Shown here in pieces: positions 51,361 through 63,990 of a DNA stretch of 64,000 nucleotides. Position numbers and translations under genes: made by a program. How positions within the stretch are numbered: the first letter of the stretch is position 1; each line of letters begins with the position of its first letter. A model generated the notes under the pieces. It searched no databases, had not been told where the DNA came from, and was given only the letters and a program-made list of their open reading frames with translations. Source of the stretch: Eledone cirrhosa (Eukaryota); NCBI GenBank assembly GCA_964016885.1, contig OZ024743.1:243784001-243848000 (forward strand). Direction: 5' to 3'.

Positions 51361-52105
51361 TATTAACTAAAATAAAAAAACCCTTCCGAAACCAACAACT
51401 CACTTAACGATCAAATAAACCCGAACAAAACTAAAATCAAATCATAGCCCAGCCACTGTCCGCCGGGGCCGTGGGGCGGTCAGCCCGTGGGCCCCCATTT
51501 GTTCATAATAGTGAGAGATGGGGGGAGTGGGAGAGACGGAGGCAGTGACAGTGGGAGTTTGGTTCCTTTGTGTTCGGACCTGGTGTATATGTATATGTTT
51601 CACAGACACACTCACACTGAGACGGTTGTATGATTGCCCAATCAGCTCCTTTAAACAAACCCCTAACTTAATCATTAACTGAACAATTAGAAAAACAGAA
51701 CCGAACAGAGATCACAAGCAAAATTAATGAATAAATAAAACTAAAATTCAGAAACTTAAACTAAACAACTCAGATAAAGATATTTTACAATAAGATAGCT
51801 AACCAAACAAACAATAAAATAGACCAAACTAATGAATAAAGAATAAAATAAATAAAACTAGAAGTTTAAAACCAAATACCACAAAATTAAAGTAAAAATT
51901 AAACAACACAAAATAAAAGTACATTACAATAAGCAAACAAATAATTAAATAGACTAAACAAATGTATGTTCTTCTGGTTTTATTTTTTAAAAGTTTCTTA
52001 CCAATAGAGAACCAGTTTCTAACACAGAAACAAATTTCTTTCATTGGAATTTAGACAACATCAGCTAGGTAATTATGTATGTGTGTATGTGCATGTGTGT
52101 GTGTG

Positions 52106-52158
<53 letters not shown>

Positions 52159-52247
52159 TTTAATGATACGCGGTTTCTTTCCTCTCTTTAAACTAGGGAA
52201 GCTGACGTGATGTCGGTGCAGCAGAAATGTCAATGCTAGAGCTCGTA

Positions 52248-52565
52248 AGGTGCGTGGCTTGGTGGTTAGGGTGTTCAGCTCTCTATCGTAAAGTTGTGAA
52301 TTTGATTCCCAGCGACGCGTGGTGCCCTTGAGCAAGTCACTTTATTACAGGTTGCTTCAGTCAACTGAGCTGGAAAACCAAGTTGTATCTGTAAATGAAA
52401 TGGCTAGCGTAGTCACAAACCACCACGTTGAATCTTCCCGGGAACTATGTTAAGAGTACACGTCTCTATGGAATATTTAGACACTTTTAGGTTAATTTCA
52501 GGATCAGAATGTCCCGTTAATCGTATCAAATGGAATACGCATCGTCAGAATCGACGGATGTCCAA
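52248..52565 (+). mobile_element. CORE-type tRNA SINE
   Basis: TGGCTTGGTGG A box, GAATTTGATTCC B box, CCTTGAGCAAGTCACTT CORE motif. Confidence 0.78.
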
Positions 52566-52589
52566 TACACAAAAGAAAAGGTAAAGTAA

Positions 52590-52900
52590 ACGATCCTCCG
52601 CCAATTTCGACTTTAAATGTTCCAGGTGCTCGATCAACCGTCTTCTCGTTAAATTAACGTATAAATGGCCAGGTATTCTATGGAAATGTGTAACCTTAAT
52701 ACAATTCTCAAGCAGTTTTATTCAGCACGTAGAATTGTGATAAGACCGGTCCTTTGAATTACAGGTACAGTCCATCTTATAGGCTTCCACATAGGCTCCA
52801 TCTCTCCAGTTTCACACACAAGGCTTTGGCCGATCCGAGGATATAATGTCACGCGGGGAAATCCAACCTAGAAGTTCATTATTTTGAAATGATCTTTTCA
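52590..52900 (-). mobile_element. Degenerate CORE-type SINE, opposite orientation
   Basis: TTCCAGGTGCTCGATCAAC...AAATTAACGT...ATTCAGC...TGTGATAAG...CCTTTGAATTACAGGTACA matches the family 3' half. Confidence 0.55.
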
Positions 52901-53429
52901 ACAACTGGTGATGTTGGGTCCATATATAGAGGTAGATTATTATTGTAAATTTTCCTATTCATTATTACATCATGCTGATTAAGATACCCCCCCCCCCCCC
53001 CCACACACACTCATACACGCGCGTGCACACACTCAGACACACTGACAGATCTTTAGATCGAAGAAGTATACAAATGGAGTTCTCACTGACCAATACTATA
53101 ACAACTCTGGTGTGTGTCAGGGCTTGCTTGTGTCATCCATTCCCGTCCACGATTTTCATGACGTCATTGACTCACAGCTGTTCAAAATACACATCAATCG
53201 CAACAATGTGCCTTGCCTGGGAGGGGCTGTGAAAGCCAGAACAGAATGTAAAAGAGCCTGTGAAGGCCAAGGACGCCTATTTATTTGTAATTCAAACTTC
53301 AAAAAAATGTCACTCTGATTATTTAGTTGCCTTTCTTCGGAAAATAAAAAATTGCCCGAAGGTCGGCAACAAGAAACATGGAACGAGAAATTGTTAAGTT
53401 TCAGCTTCTAATATATTATATTAATCTAG

Positions 53430-53610
53430 GGCGATTGATAGGCAGTATGTCCTAGAGTGTCGGGCAAATACTATGCTGTATTTAGTTACTACGTTCTCAG
53501 TTCTAATCCTCCTGAAGTCAACCTTACCTTTCACCTTTCCAATGTTGATAAAATAAAGTACCAGTCAAGTACTGGGGTTGATTTAATCAACTTTACTTTC
53601 CCTAAAACTC
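53430..53610 (+). mobile_element. Old Meta-type SINE
   Basis: CCTTTCACCTTTCCAATGTTGATAAAATAAAGTACCAG central domain with decayed A/B boxes. Confidence 0.7.
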
Positions 53611-53816
53611 GCTTTTTAGAAATATATATTTCTACTTAATGCCATGGAAATATATATATCACTATCTCTTTTGAATAAATTTTCGAATTTAGGTACAAAG
53701 TGTGTCGAAACAGTTGAACTTGTTTTAAAGTGCACCAAAATATTTTTACTTGTTAATAGCGTTGTGAGGAAAAAAGACGTTTGGGAACTACTGGGTCCTT
53801 ATTTTTGTATATGTAC

Positions 53817-53906
<90 letters not shown>

Positions 53907-53953
53907 TATATATATATATATATATACTGTATATATATATATATATATATATA

Positions 53954-54085
<132 letters not shown>

Positions 54086-54324
54086 CATGCATGTGTATTC
54101 ATAAATATGTTTTACATGTGCATGGCAAGTTATATCAAGTTTTCCACTTCCTCACAATCTCATTAGGAATGTCTTGTAGATGAGAAAGTTTACGAGGACT
54201 TTATTAAAATCACTTGAAATGATAAGCAACGGCTCACCGAATTTGCTCTCCACTTTAAGATGTCAATTCAGAGTAATTTGCCTCTAATGAGTCATTGAGT
54301 GCAGCTTTAAATTATGGCGGTTGA

Positions 54325-54665
54325 TGCAGCATTACCGAATGGTTAAGAAGTTCGCTTCGTAATCATTTAATCCCGGATTTGAACCATCTGCGTGGTATCT
54401 TGGGCAAGTGTCATTTATCACAGCGTCATATCGATCCATACCGTGTGAGTAAAATTAGGTAAACGGAAACTGTTTGGAAGCCTATCGAATGGACTGTTCC
54501 TGTCGACTTTGTCCCACACCATGTTATGCTGAATCTCTCAGAGAAGTACGTTAAGGCTACCCGTGTCTGTGGAATATTCAGTCACTTACACATTAATTTT
54601 GCGAGCAGACTGTTCTGTTGATTTAAATAACTAGAACACTCATCGTAGAAGCCGACGGAGGTCCA
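54325..54665 (+). mobile_element. CORE-type tRNA SINE variant
   Basis: CTTGGGCAAGTGTC CORE motif and the family 3' half GCTGAATCTC...TACGTTAAGG...CCGACGGAG. Confidence 0.7.
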
Positions 54666-55203
54666 TTTCATTCAAAATTATCGCAATACTATTATTGATT
54701 CCATTTTTCATATTCAAATTTTTCATTTACAAACAGGAAGAGAGAGTAAAGAAAGAAGAAGGGGAGAAAGAAAAGTAAATAAATATAAAAAAGAAAGCGT
54801 GGGGTTAGAATTGGCGGGAAAGTGTATCTCAGCTGCGCCTCAAGGAGAAAGCATTGCAGATGAGAACAGCCAGCGATACCCGCTGCATCAGCTATTTCAC
54901 TTCCCGGGGGCTCCTATTTCAGGCGAGATGCCTTTTTCTTGATTTAGTGGAGGAAAACAACGGTCCTGCGATTGAGGACACCAGAAGTCTCAATGAAAAT
55001 CGGTACAAAAACGAAACGGTCGGTCACTATTCGTCAATACGATGGTGGAATATGAAGAAACATCTAGATTCTCTGCCTAATCCAGTAATTCTCAAATAGG
55101 AGTCACTTGGATCGTATGGGAAGAAATTTAGCCGGTAGAGGAATTGTGGAGGAATCAAAACTTGGAAAGAATACTAAAACTTGTGTATATATCAAATGAA
55201 ATA

Positions 55204-55303
55204 CAGGGTGTCCCCCAAAATATATACACACTTTGATTACCTGTACAGGCAATATTTATTAAAATGCGCAGCCTTTGTGTATACGATGTTTGGGGACACC
55301 TTG
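55204..55303. mobile_element. 100-bp Tc1/mariner-type MITE
   Basis: TA|CAGGGTGTCCCC...GGGGACACCTTG|TA: TIRs plus TA target duplication. Confidence 0.85.
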
Positions 55304-55817
55304 TATATAAGTTCATCACGAGTTAACAGCATAAGGCTTAATTTTGTTTGTGACTATACAGTTATTGAGGTTTGAAAAGCTTGCTCATATTAATATGGTG
55401 CTTGTATGAAAAATTACTAAATTACTTCAAAATATATATCTTTTGCAAATAATAAATAATAATAAGCTAATAGCTTTCTTTTATAGATTTTGCAAATAGT
55501 ACATAATATATGCAAATGAATATCTCCAAACGTGTTATTTACAAAATCTATACATTATATACATTATATAAGCTATCAGCTTATGTACTTCAGTCTCGAG
55601 TGTGTAAAGATTAATGATGAAATAAAATCCCGAAATGCTAGCATTTGGCGCTCGTTCACGGTTACTGAGCTAGCCATGGTATACCACAGATTAAAATACC
55701 CACACGCAAGACTTATGTATACATAAACGTAAGTGCTTTTACATCCTCTTTTCTAATTCACTCTCTCTGATTTATCTCTCTCCATCTCCCTCCTCTATAC
55801 ATACATATATATATATA

Positions 55818-55896
<79 letters not shown>

Positions 55897-55952
55897 ACGG
55901 CGATGAATTAGTTTTGCGAGGTTTTTGATATGAAATCGTGTGTCGAAACAAA

Positions 55953-56801
55953 TATTGTTATACTTGGGGAGGGTCATATTTGTGTAATAATATTGCCAGA
56001 ATTAATAACAGAACACACTCACTGTTTGGTTGGTTTTCGCTTCTGTGTCTTTTATATCAGTTAATTTAATTTATTCGGTCCTCAATGTTATCATTGACTG
56101 ACCAACGGTCAAAAATACAATATAGACACAAACACATATATATAGTCTAACAAAGTTCTTTCGTTGCACATCTGCAACATCGTCAGTGGTGCTATTATGT
56201 TTCCTCCCGTTGTATTGTATGCCTACGCCATCTTTATTTAGTCTGTTTATTTATTTATTTATTTATTTTTGTCTTCTCTGCGCATGCGTTTGCGTGTGTG
56301 TATAGTGTTTTGTTTGATGTGTGTTCGTGTTTGGGTGACTGTGTATTGGTTATTGTATTCTATCTTAGTTTACCAGTGTGTGTTCATATGTGTTTGTTGT
56401 TATTGGCTTGTGTATGTATTTATTTATTTATACTTCTCTTAGGTCAGTGTTGTTTGTTTGGGTGTTGTTGTTATTCCAGTCATTTTTTCTGTTTAGCCTT
56501 GGCCTTCTAAGTTCTATTTCGCTGGCCTCTCTGCTGGGTCATTTCTATGTTTAGATATTATTCTAATTTCTATGTTGTCTATGTTACCGTCGTGTTGTTG
56601 TCTGGCATGTTCATATAGTACTGAATGGAATAACAACAACACCTAAACAAATAACACTGACCTAAGAGAAGTATAAATAAATAAATACATATTCAAGCAC
56701 AATAACAACAAACACATATAAACACACACTGGTAAACTAAGATAGAATACAATAACCAATACACAGTCACCCAAACACGAACACACATCAAACAAAACAC
56801 T
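55953..56801 (-). mobile_element. HHR-bearing Penelope-like fragment with internal inversion
   Basis: ~175-bp inverted arms ~56304-56478 / 56626-56801; terminus shared with 23519 and 5850. Confidence 0.7.
56150..56189 (-). ncRNA. Minimal type I hammerhead motif, intact core, short stem I
   Basis: Minus strand: CA-CTGACGA-T-GTTGCA-GATG-TGCAAC-GAAA-GAAC-TT-TG. Confidence 0.7.
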
Positions 56802-57334
56802 GAATGAATCTCGGCTTCAGAGTTAAGAATAAAGTAAATAAATTACAGAGGTAATTGAAATTAAATATATACATGCACACATCCATATACGTACATACAC
56901 AAGCATACGCGAAAACACTCGCCATGGGTATGCAAATACAAGCACGTACACAAAAAAACACGCACGCACATACAGAACCCACGCAACGCCTGTACCCGCA
57001 CACATACGAACGTATACACCAAATACACATAAAATATATATTAAAAATATATATATATGTGTGTGTGTGTGTGCGTGTATACATATAATTATATAAACGT
57101 ATATAAATATACACACATAAATACGTATATAACGCGCGCACACACATACCTACATGTAAATATTTATATTCGCAGATGTACGTCAACCAAAACACAAAGT
57201 ACACATATACACACACCCTCCATACGTACGAACCCGAATACTCACACAGACGCAAAACTCACGTATACACATAACCATATGACCGTTTTTTGAAATATTT
57301 ACTTCTCTTCTGCGTTCACAGATTGATTTTTTTT

Positions 57335-57385
57335 AGTTTCAGAAGACCCCGTTAAGGGTGAAAGCAGTGATTCTTTGCTTAAACT
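57335..57385 (+). ncRNA. Type I hammerhead motif (U4A variant)
   Basis: AGTTT-CAGAAGA-CCCC-GTTAA-GGGT-GAAA-GCA...TGC-TT-AAACT; the second copy near 58280-58320 has lost the GAAA segment. Confidence 0.65.
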
Positions 57386-58030
57386 TTAATCTGTTATTTT
57401 AATAAATATTTGCTCTACGCTTCTTATAAATTTGATATATATTTATCCTTATCGAGCCCTCTTTGGATTTTAGTCTTCAAATTTATTATTATTACTATAT
57501 ATATATATATTTCACAGACACATATATACATATATATATATATATTTTTTTTTTTATATATATTTTTCTGTGTATTTGGTGTATACGTTCGTATGTGTGC
57601 GGGTACAGGCGTTGCGTGGGTTCTGTATGTGCGTGCGTGTTTTTTTGTGTATGTGCTTGTATTTGCATACCCATGGCGAGTGTTTTCCCGTATGCTTGTG
57701 TATGTACGTATATGGATGCGTGCATGTATATATTTAATTTCAATTACCTCTGTAATTTATTTACTTTATTCTTAACTCTGAAGCCGAGAATCATTCGGTT
57801 TCCTAAATAGAATTTTAGTCTACGACTTCAGTTATACCATATACGTGGATTTGTCTTTGCGTGTAATTGTTCTCACCGCTTCACACAATGACGTATTATC
57901 TTCGTTTTTTCCGTTCATTGCCAGAGAACGTCCCCACGAACCACCTAATAGAATATCAGTCTACGACTTCTTTTATACCATAAACGTGGTTTTGTCTTTG
58001 CGTGTAATTGTTTTCACCGCTCCAAATAAT

Positions 58031-58140
58031 TGTTTCTACTTTTGGCACAAGGCCAGCAATTACCCAGTGCATTAAGTTTACTTTATTTTATCGACCCCGT
58101 AAGAATGAAAGGCAAAGTCAACCTCGGCGGGATTTGAACT
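58031..58140 (-). mobile_element. 5'-truncated Meta-type SINE with target-site duplication
   Basis: CTCCAAATAAT at 58020-58030 and 58139-58149 flanks the insert. Confidence 0.85.
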
Positions 58141-58428
58141 CCAAATAATGACGTATTATCTTCGTTTTTTCCATTCTTTGCTAGGAAACGTTTCCACGAA
58201 CCAAAGTATCGTCTTCATGTCTTCCTTCGGCTGCAACGTTTTTTGAAATATTTACTTCTGCGTTCACAGATTTTTTTTAATTTCAGAAGATCCCGTTAAG
58301 CAGCTATTCTTTGCTTAAACCTTAATCTGTTATTTTAATAAATATTTGCTCTGCGGTTCTTATATATTTGATATATATTTATCCTTATCGAGCCCTCTTT
58401 GGATTTTAGTCTTCAAATTTATTATTAT

Positions 58429-58464
<36 letters not shown>

Positions 58465-58501
58465 TAGAATTGGTGCTCTGAAATAGCGATATATATATGA
58501 A

Positions 58502-58900
58502 TGTATATATAGTGTATTTTGCAATACACTGTATGCTTAATTAAAAGCATTTTGAAGACCTTACGCTATTGTTTTAAAGTAGTGACAATGTCACTTACTT
58601 ATATTTTCAGCAAACAAGTGGAGATAAGCTGTCAGAGCTCTGTTTCGTACTTGTTGGTACTTATCAAAGCTCAGCACTCCTGTTTGCTGAAAATTATGAA
58701 TGTTGGATTCTTATAGAATTCCAGTAATAATCAGGAGCTGATTATACAGAGCGGTTGCCGGTCCAGCAAAAATTGAAAATTAGAATTGTTTGCTGAAAAT
58801 ATAAGTAAATGACATTGTCACTACTTTAAAACATTAGCGTAAGGTCTTCAAAATGCTTTTAATTAAGCATACATTCTATTGCAAAATACACTATATATAC
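58502..58900. mobile_element. Fold-back element (~115-bp arms) enclosing a decayed HHR
   Basis: Arms ~58502-58617 / ~58786-58900. Confidence 0.75.
58626..58672 (-). ncRNA. Variant or decayed type I hammerhead motif
   Basis: Minus strand: GAGCT-TTGATAA-GTAC-CAACAA-GTAC-GAAA-CAGAGCTCTG-AC-AGCTT; U3-A8 pair, U16.1 replaced by A. Confidence 0.55.
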
Positions 58901-59749
58901 ACCCCCCCCACACATACATACACACAAACACCCACACACCCACATACACACATATATATATAGTTAAAGAATGAAGAGTAACATGGTTGGCTGTACAATA
59001 AGGGGCTTTATTTAAAGTACTGACAATTGTTTCGTTCATCAGGTGAGTCTAGAGTTCGCTAATCGCTTGAAGTTGCGTCACTCGATCTCCAATACATTAT
59101 TTACCTCTGGTACGTAGATATGAAATACATTATTTACTCGATCTCCAATACAATATTTACCCCAGAGGACGTAGATATGAAAATAATTCACTCGAGGCAA
59201 GACTTATATAGAAAAATAGCGTATAATCAAAACAATAACATCAATAATAAAACATATGTGGTAAATAGATAGAGAAGTTACAGATGTAAAAAGTAAAGAG
59301 TAAAAGATAAGATAGGATACATTAAAAAATAATAAGAAAATAAGAAAATGGAAAATATAAAGAAATAAATAAGTGAGAACGTGTAAGTACATAGTATGTT
59401 AGTAGTAGTTTTTGAGTAAGTGTTCTTATAAGGATTCTTTGGTGGGTTTAGTGCTAACATGCGAAACCAGATTCGAGATGTACATAGATACGTGTAGAGG
59501 GTCCAATGTAGTGACAGATAAAAGAAAAAAACAATAAATTAGAAATTAATTGGTGGATACATGTATGAGATTTATGGGCTAGGGATGACGGGACGCTTGA
59601 TAAACGCTTGTTGTAAACGTTTTGCTGATTGTTCTATTAATGGGGTTGATGCTGTTTCAGGGAGAGAGGGTAAAAGAAATGTTCAGAGATTTATGATCCA
59701 GTGACCTGTTGGCCGTTTGACAGCTAATAGCAGTGCGATGGTGTGTATT

Positions 59750-59944
59750 CTATATGCTAAAATCTAGGTAGTTCAGTTCTAATTTTGGGATTGCTGGTTT
59801 AAAACATGGTGGTTTGAAGTTTGTGAATCTAGTAGCTATTTTATGCCTACAGAAAATTGATCTTTCTATTTTGCTGTTAAGCATCATCCCATCGTTCCTT
59901 AAAATATGTAGTAGTTCTAAATTACAAATCCCGCAGTGGGACAT
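59750..59944 (-). pseudogene. C-terminal remnant of a Penelope-like GIY-YIG endonuclease
   Basis: CGICNLELLHIL...LNSKIE....CRHK fits the CxxCxxE...LN...E...CRH ending I recall from invertebrate Penelope-like ORFs. Confidence 0.7.
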
Positions 59945-60058
59945 CTGTAACTTCTCTACCTATTTACCACATATGTTTTATTATTGATGTTATTGTTTTG
60001 ATTATACGCTATTTTTCTATATAAGTCATGCCTCGAGTGAATTATTTTCATATCTACA

Positions 60059-60167
60059 TACTCTGATGTGTTGACCAGAGGTAAATAATGTATTGGAGAT
60101 CGAGTAACGCAACTTCAAGCGATTAGCGAACTCTAGACTTACCTGATCAACGAAACAATTGTCAGTA
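60059..60167 (+). ncRNA. Minimal type I hammerhead motif (A9U decayed), long stem II
   Basis: TACT-CTGATGT-GTTGACCAGAGGTAA...TTACCTGATCAAC-GAAA-CAATTG-TC-AGTA. Confidence 0.72.
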
Positions 60168-60383
60168 CTTTAAATAAAGCCCCTTATTGTACAGCCAACC
60201 ATGTTACTCTTCATTCTTTAACTATTATTACTCCAAGTATAACCTGCATAGAAATTACCGCGAACTCGGTGCATAAATATGGAAGCATCTTGTTGAGTCA
60301 AACAAAGCCGTACGTTAAAACTATCCACGATGCTGAGTACTGACAACCTCTAACTGGATTATCTATAACGATAACTTGTTATC

Positions 60384-60753
<370 letters not shown>

Positions 60754-60758
60754 CTGGT

Positions 60759-60797
<39 letters not shown>

Positions 60798-60965
60798 CTT
60801 TATTTTTATATATGTATAAAGAATGAGATATTGAAGTTTCAATTTAACATATTTTATTTGTAATCACGTGTAACACCTGTTCCACAAATGACCAGCTCGG
60901 AGCTTTAATCGACTGCAATTAGCTTCGATTCTGGGATCAATTTGCTCTTCAGATTTGTTATTTTG

Positions 60966-61029
<64 letters not shown>

Positions 61030-61802
61030 CTATATACGTATGTGTATGTGTGTATGTGTGTGTGTAATGTATGTATGTATGTATGTATGTATGTATGTAT
61101 GTATGTATGTATGTATGTGTATGTGTCTTTTGTCGACGCAGCCACTCTCAGTAATTTCCTTGGGTCTTCCTTGTCTTGTATTTTATCATTATTTCTACTG
61201 TCTCCCTCGTCCTCGCTCTCTCTCTCTCACACACGCACACATACCCTCTCTCTCTCTTTCTCTCTCCCTCTCTCTATATATACATATATATATTATACTG
61301 TATATATATTATTCCTGTACTTTACTGTTTTCGCACTATAGGTACATGTCTTCTCCCTTTCCACCATCTTGTTCTACTTTCTCTCCTCCTCTTCCTCCTT
61401 CAATCTTCTCTTATTTACTATACCTGTCTATAGAGGGGACCAATTTATGCTACCCTACTATTACTTCGGACGTTAACATTTATTTCTTGATTCCCTATTT
61501 AGGAGTCATGAAAGGTCAAAGCACTGACCTTCTGGTGATTAGCGACAATGATTTCGACAATGTCTGCCGCATGTCATTCACCTCTGAAGTAATCAAGCAA
61601 ACTTCGGACTATAATTAGTGTTGCTTACGTCAACCCAACATTAAAGAGCTGAAAATAGCGACGACGTAAAGTTGATTATAATAAATAACAAGACACTTCT
61701 TTCTCACTTTAGATCGTGAGATAAGTTCCCAGGAAAAACTGGACTAAACAATACAAGGATGTACCGATCCTATATACATGGAGAATACATATAGGTTAGT
61801 GA

Positions 61803-62025
61803 AGGGGTGTAGCTTAGTGGTGAGAGTGTTCGGCTCGTGATCGTAAGGTCGCCAGTTTGATTCCCAGTGGAGTGTTGTGTCCTTGAGCTAGAAACTTTAT
61901 TTTACGTTGCTCCATTCCACTCAGCTGCATCTTTACGTTAAGGGCATACGTTAATTTCACGAGCAAGCTGTTCCGTTGACCGAATCAACTGGAACGATCG
62001 TCGTCGATACCGAAGGAGTTCCAAC
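61803..62025 (+). mobile_element. CORE-type SINE with internal deletions
   Basis: TAGCTTAGTGG, GTTTGATTCC, TGTGTCCTTGAGC, then the 3' part CGTTAATTTCACGAGCAAGCTGTTCCGTTGA. Confidence 0.78.
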
Positions 62026-62040
62026 ACGCATATATTAAAT

Positions 62041-62074
<34 letters not shown>

Positions 62075-62161
62075 TTATATATTTATATACCCCACTCTCA
62101 AGAGCGTGAAATTAATAAACATTTGTTGTACTGCCTCTGTCTTGTTCCCGTTCAATTTTTC

Positions 62162-62238
<77 letters not shown>

Positions 62239-62950
62239 CTATGCATGCATATATACAAATGTGTGAGCATGTTGTGCGAGAATGAGCATGCCTGTGTATT
62301 CTTAGAAATAGATGTGAATGGTGTATGTTACTGAAAGGATTATATGATTAAAGTATAATAATATGTGATAGATGGGTAGCGTGTGGAGGTGAGGGGTGTG
62401 ATGTACACAGACGGAGTTTATCGGTGTGAAGTGCTGTTAAACAGGAAGGCAACATCATTCTAATCCCAGCTAGACTAGCTGTGTTTAACTGGAAAATGAA
62501 TTGTTATTTAATTATTGTTCAAGATGCAACAAAAAGGAAATGGGAGACCTGTGGTTCTGTACAATGCTGCAATCAACAAGGTACAGATATGTGTAGCCTG
62601 AAAAATTGAAGTGGCAGCTTATAGGCCTGAGTGATCTAGCTTTGTTGCATCGCATGACCAAGAAGTGTTCCTTAACAGGACCAGCCAATCACTAATCCCA
62701 TTTACCAATACATAAAAAAACCGCCAAGTTGATATTTCCTGCAATATACAAAGGATATCGCCGGTGAAATGGAAAGATGATTTAAATGTAGGAAGTGATG
62801 GTTTTCTGAACGAAAAGGTAGGTTTTGCAGCGGGAGCACGAAAAGGCGCTTGGTTAAGTGTGGTTATTGTAAAAGGATCTGTGAACTGATTGTGTTTGAA
62901 GTAAGGTGAGTGTACACGGTGATTAATCTACGTGATGGCGAATGTGTGTG

Positions 62951-62994
<44 letters not shown>

Positions 62995-63921
62995 TGTTTG
63001 TAGAAGTGAGAGTATTTGTATATTACAGAGTTTCCATCATTCAAATACATATATAATTAATGATAATTATGGAACGAAGCTTATCAAATAGAATGGACAT
63101 AACTTCAGTCGTTTCCTCATTCCCTCAATAATTTAATTAAGCCTGTATTATTAAAATACGAATCAAACCGATTAGAGTGTAAACTTATACGTGAATCAGT
63201 GAGGAAAAGGAATTCGTGTGGGAAGGAAATTTGTGTTACCCGGACCAATGCACCAGTTTCTACGACTCCGATCTGCCGGTGGTGGTCCGAATGGAACCAC
63301 CATGTGCAGAAATCAAGTGATGTTAGTATACATTACGTAAGTTGGCTGGAACCGCGCCCTCCTCGGCAGGAGTTCTCTGGAATGGCAAGGTCCGTATGGC
63401 GAGCTAGTACACCACGTTGATGGACACAAGTGAATGTAGTAGTAATCCACAACTTTCAGTGACGCGTGACGTCACATCAAATAGAAGGTAAGCCAGGCCT
63501 GGCCATATACAGGGAACACACGCTGGCGTTTATTCAAATAAAAAAAATAAAAAAAAATTACCGTGGCAGAGCATTCTACCAGAATACTTTCATTGAGAAA
63601 AACAAAGACAGGGTTGCAAATTAAATGTAACTAGAATAAACAAAATAGAAAAAAGTTCAACTTACAATTTAAATGTAGGTTCGTCCTTCGAGAGTTAAAA
63701 ATAATTATGGAACCTAGCTTATCGAACAAAATATATATATATATTATTATTCAGTTGAAAGTTGGTTGATCATATAATCAGCCAACTTTTTCGTAAACAG
63801 ACGTAAAGCATTCGATGATTTGTATTCCTTAGGATTTTCTCGGTAAGGAAACAACTGGAGTTTCAATATAATAAATAAGACAGACGGTTTTATTCGTACA
63901 TCTTCATTTTATTACATAATT

Positions 63922-63990
63922 CTATTATACGTATTTCGAAGATGTTAGAGTGGTTACATAACAACCCCCTTGCATGTTCTCATCAGATAG
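63922..63990 (-). ncRNA. Minimal type I hammerhead ribozyme, intact core
   Basis: Minus strand: CTAT-CTGATGA-GAACATG...CATCTTC-GAAA-TACGTA-TA-ATAG; palindromic ACGT loop. Confidence 0.85.

Larger units (their letters stand above)
56802..58435 (+). mobile_element. Complex element with direct HHR-bearing repeats and an inverted segment
   Basis: Direct repeats ~57283-57505 / ~58237-58440; inverted repeats ~56802-57040 / ~57558-57797; internal tandem duplication ~57800-58200. Confidence 0.7.
58961..60385 (-). mobile_element. 5'-truncated Penelope-like retroelement with inverted terminal repeats
   Basis: Inverted repeats 58961-59287 / 59941-60224 enclose an endonuclease C-terminal remnant; the repeat carries an HHR; a tail extends to 60385 and abuts (TA)n. 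Confidence 0.82.
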
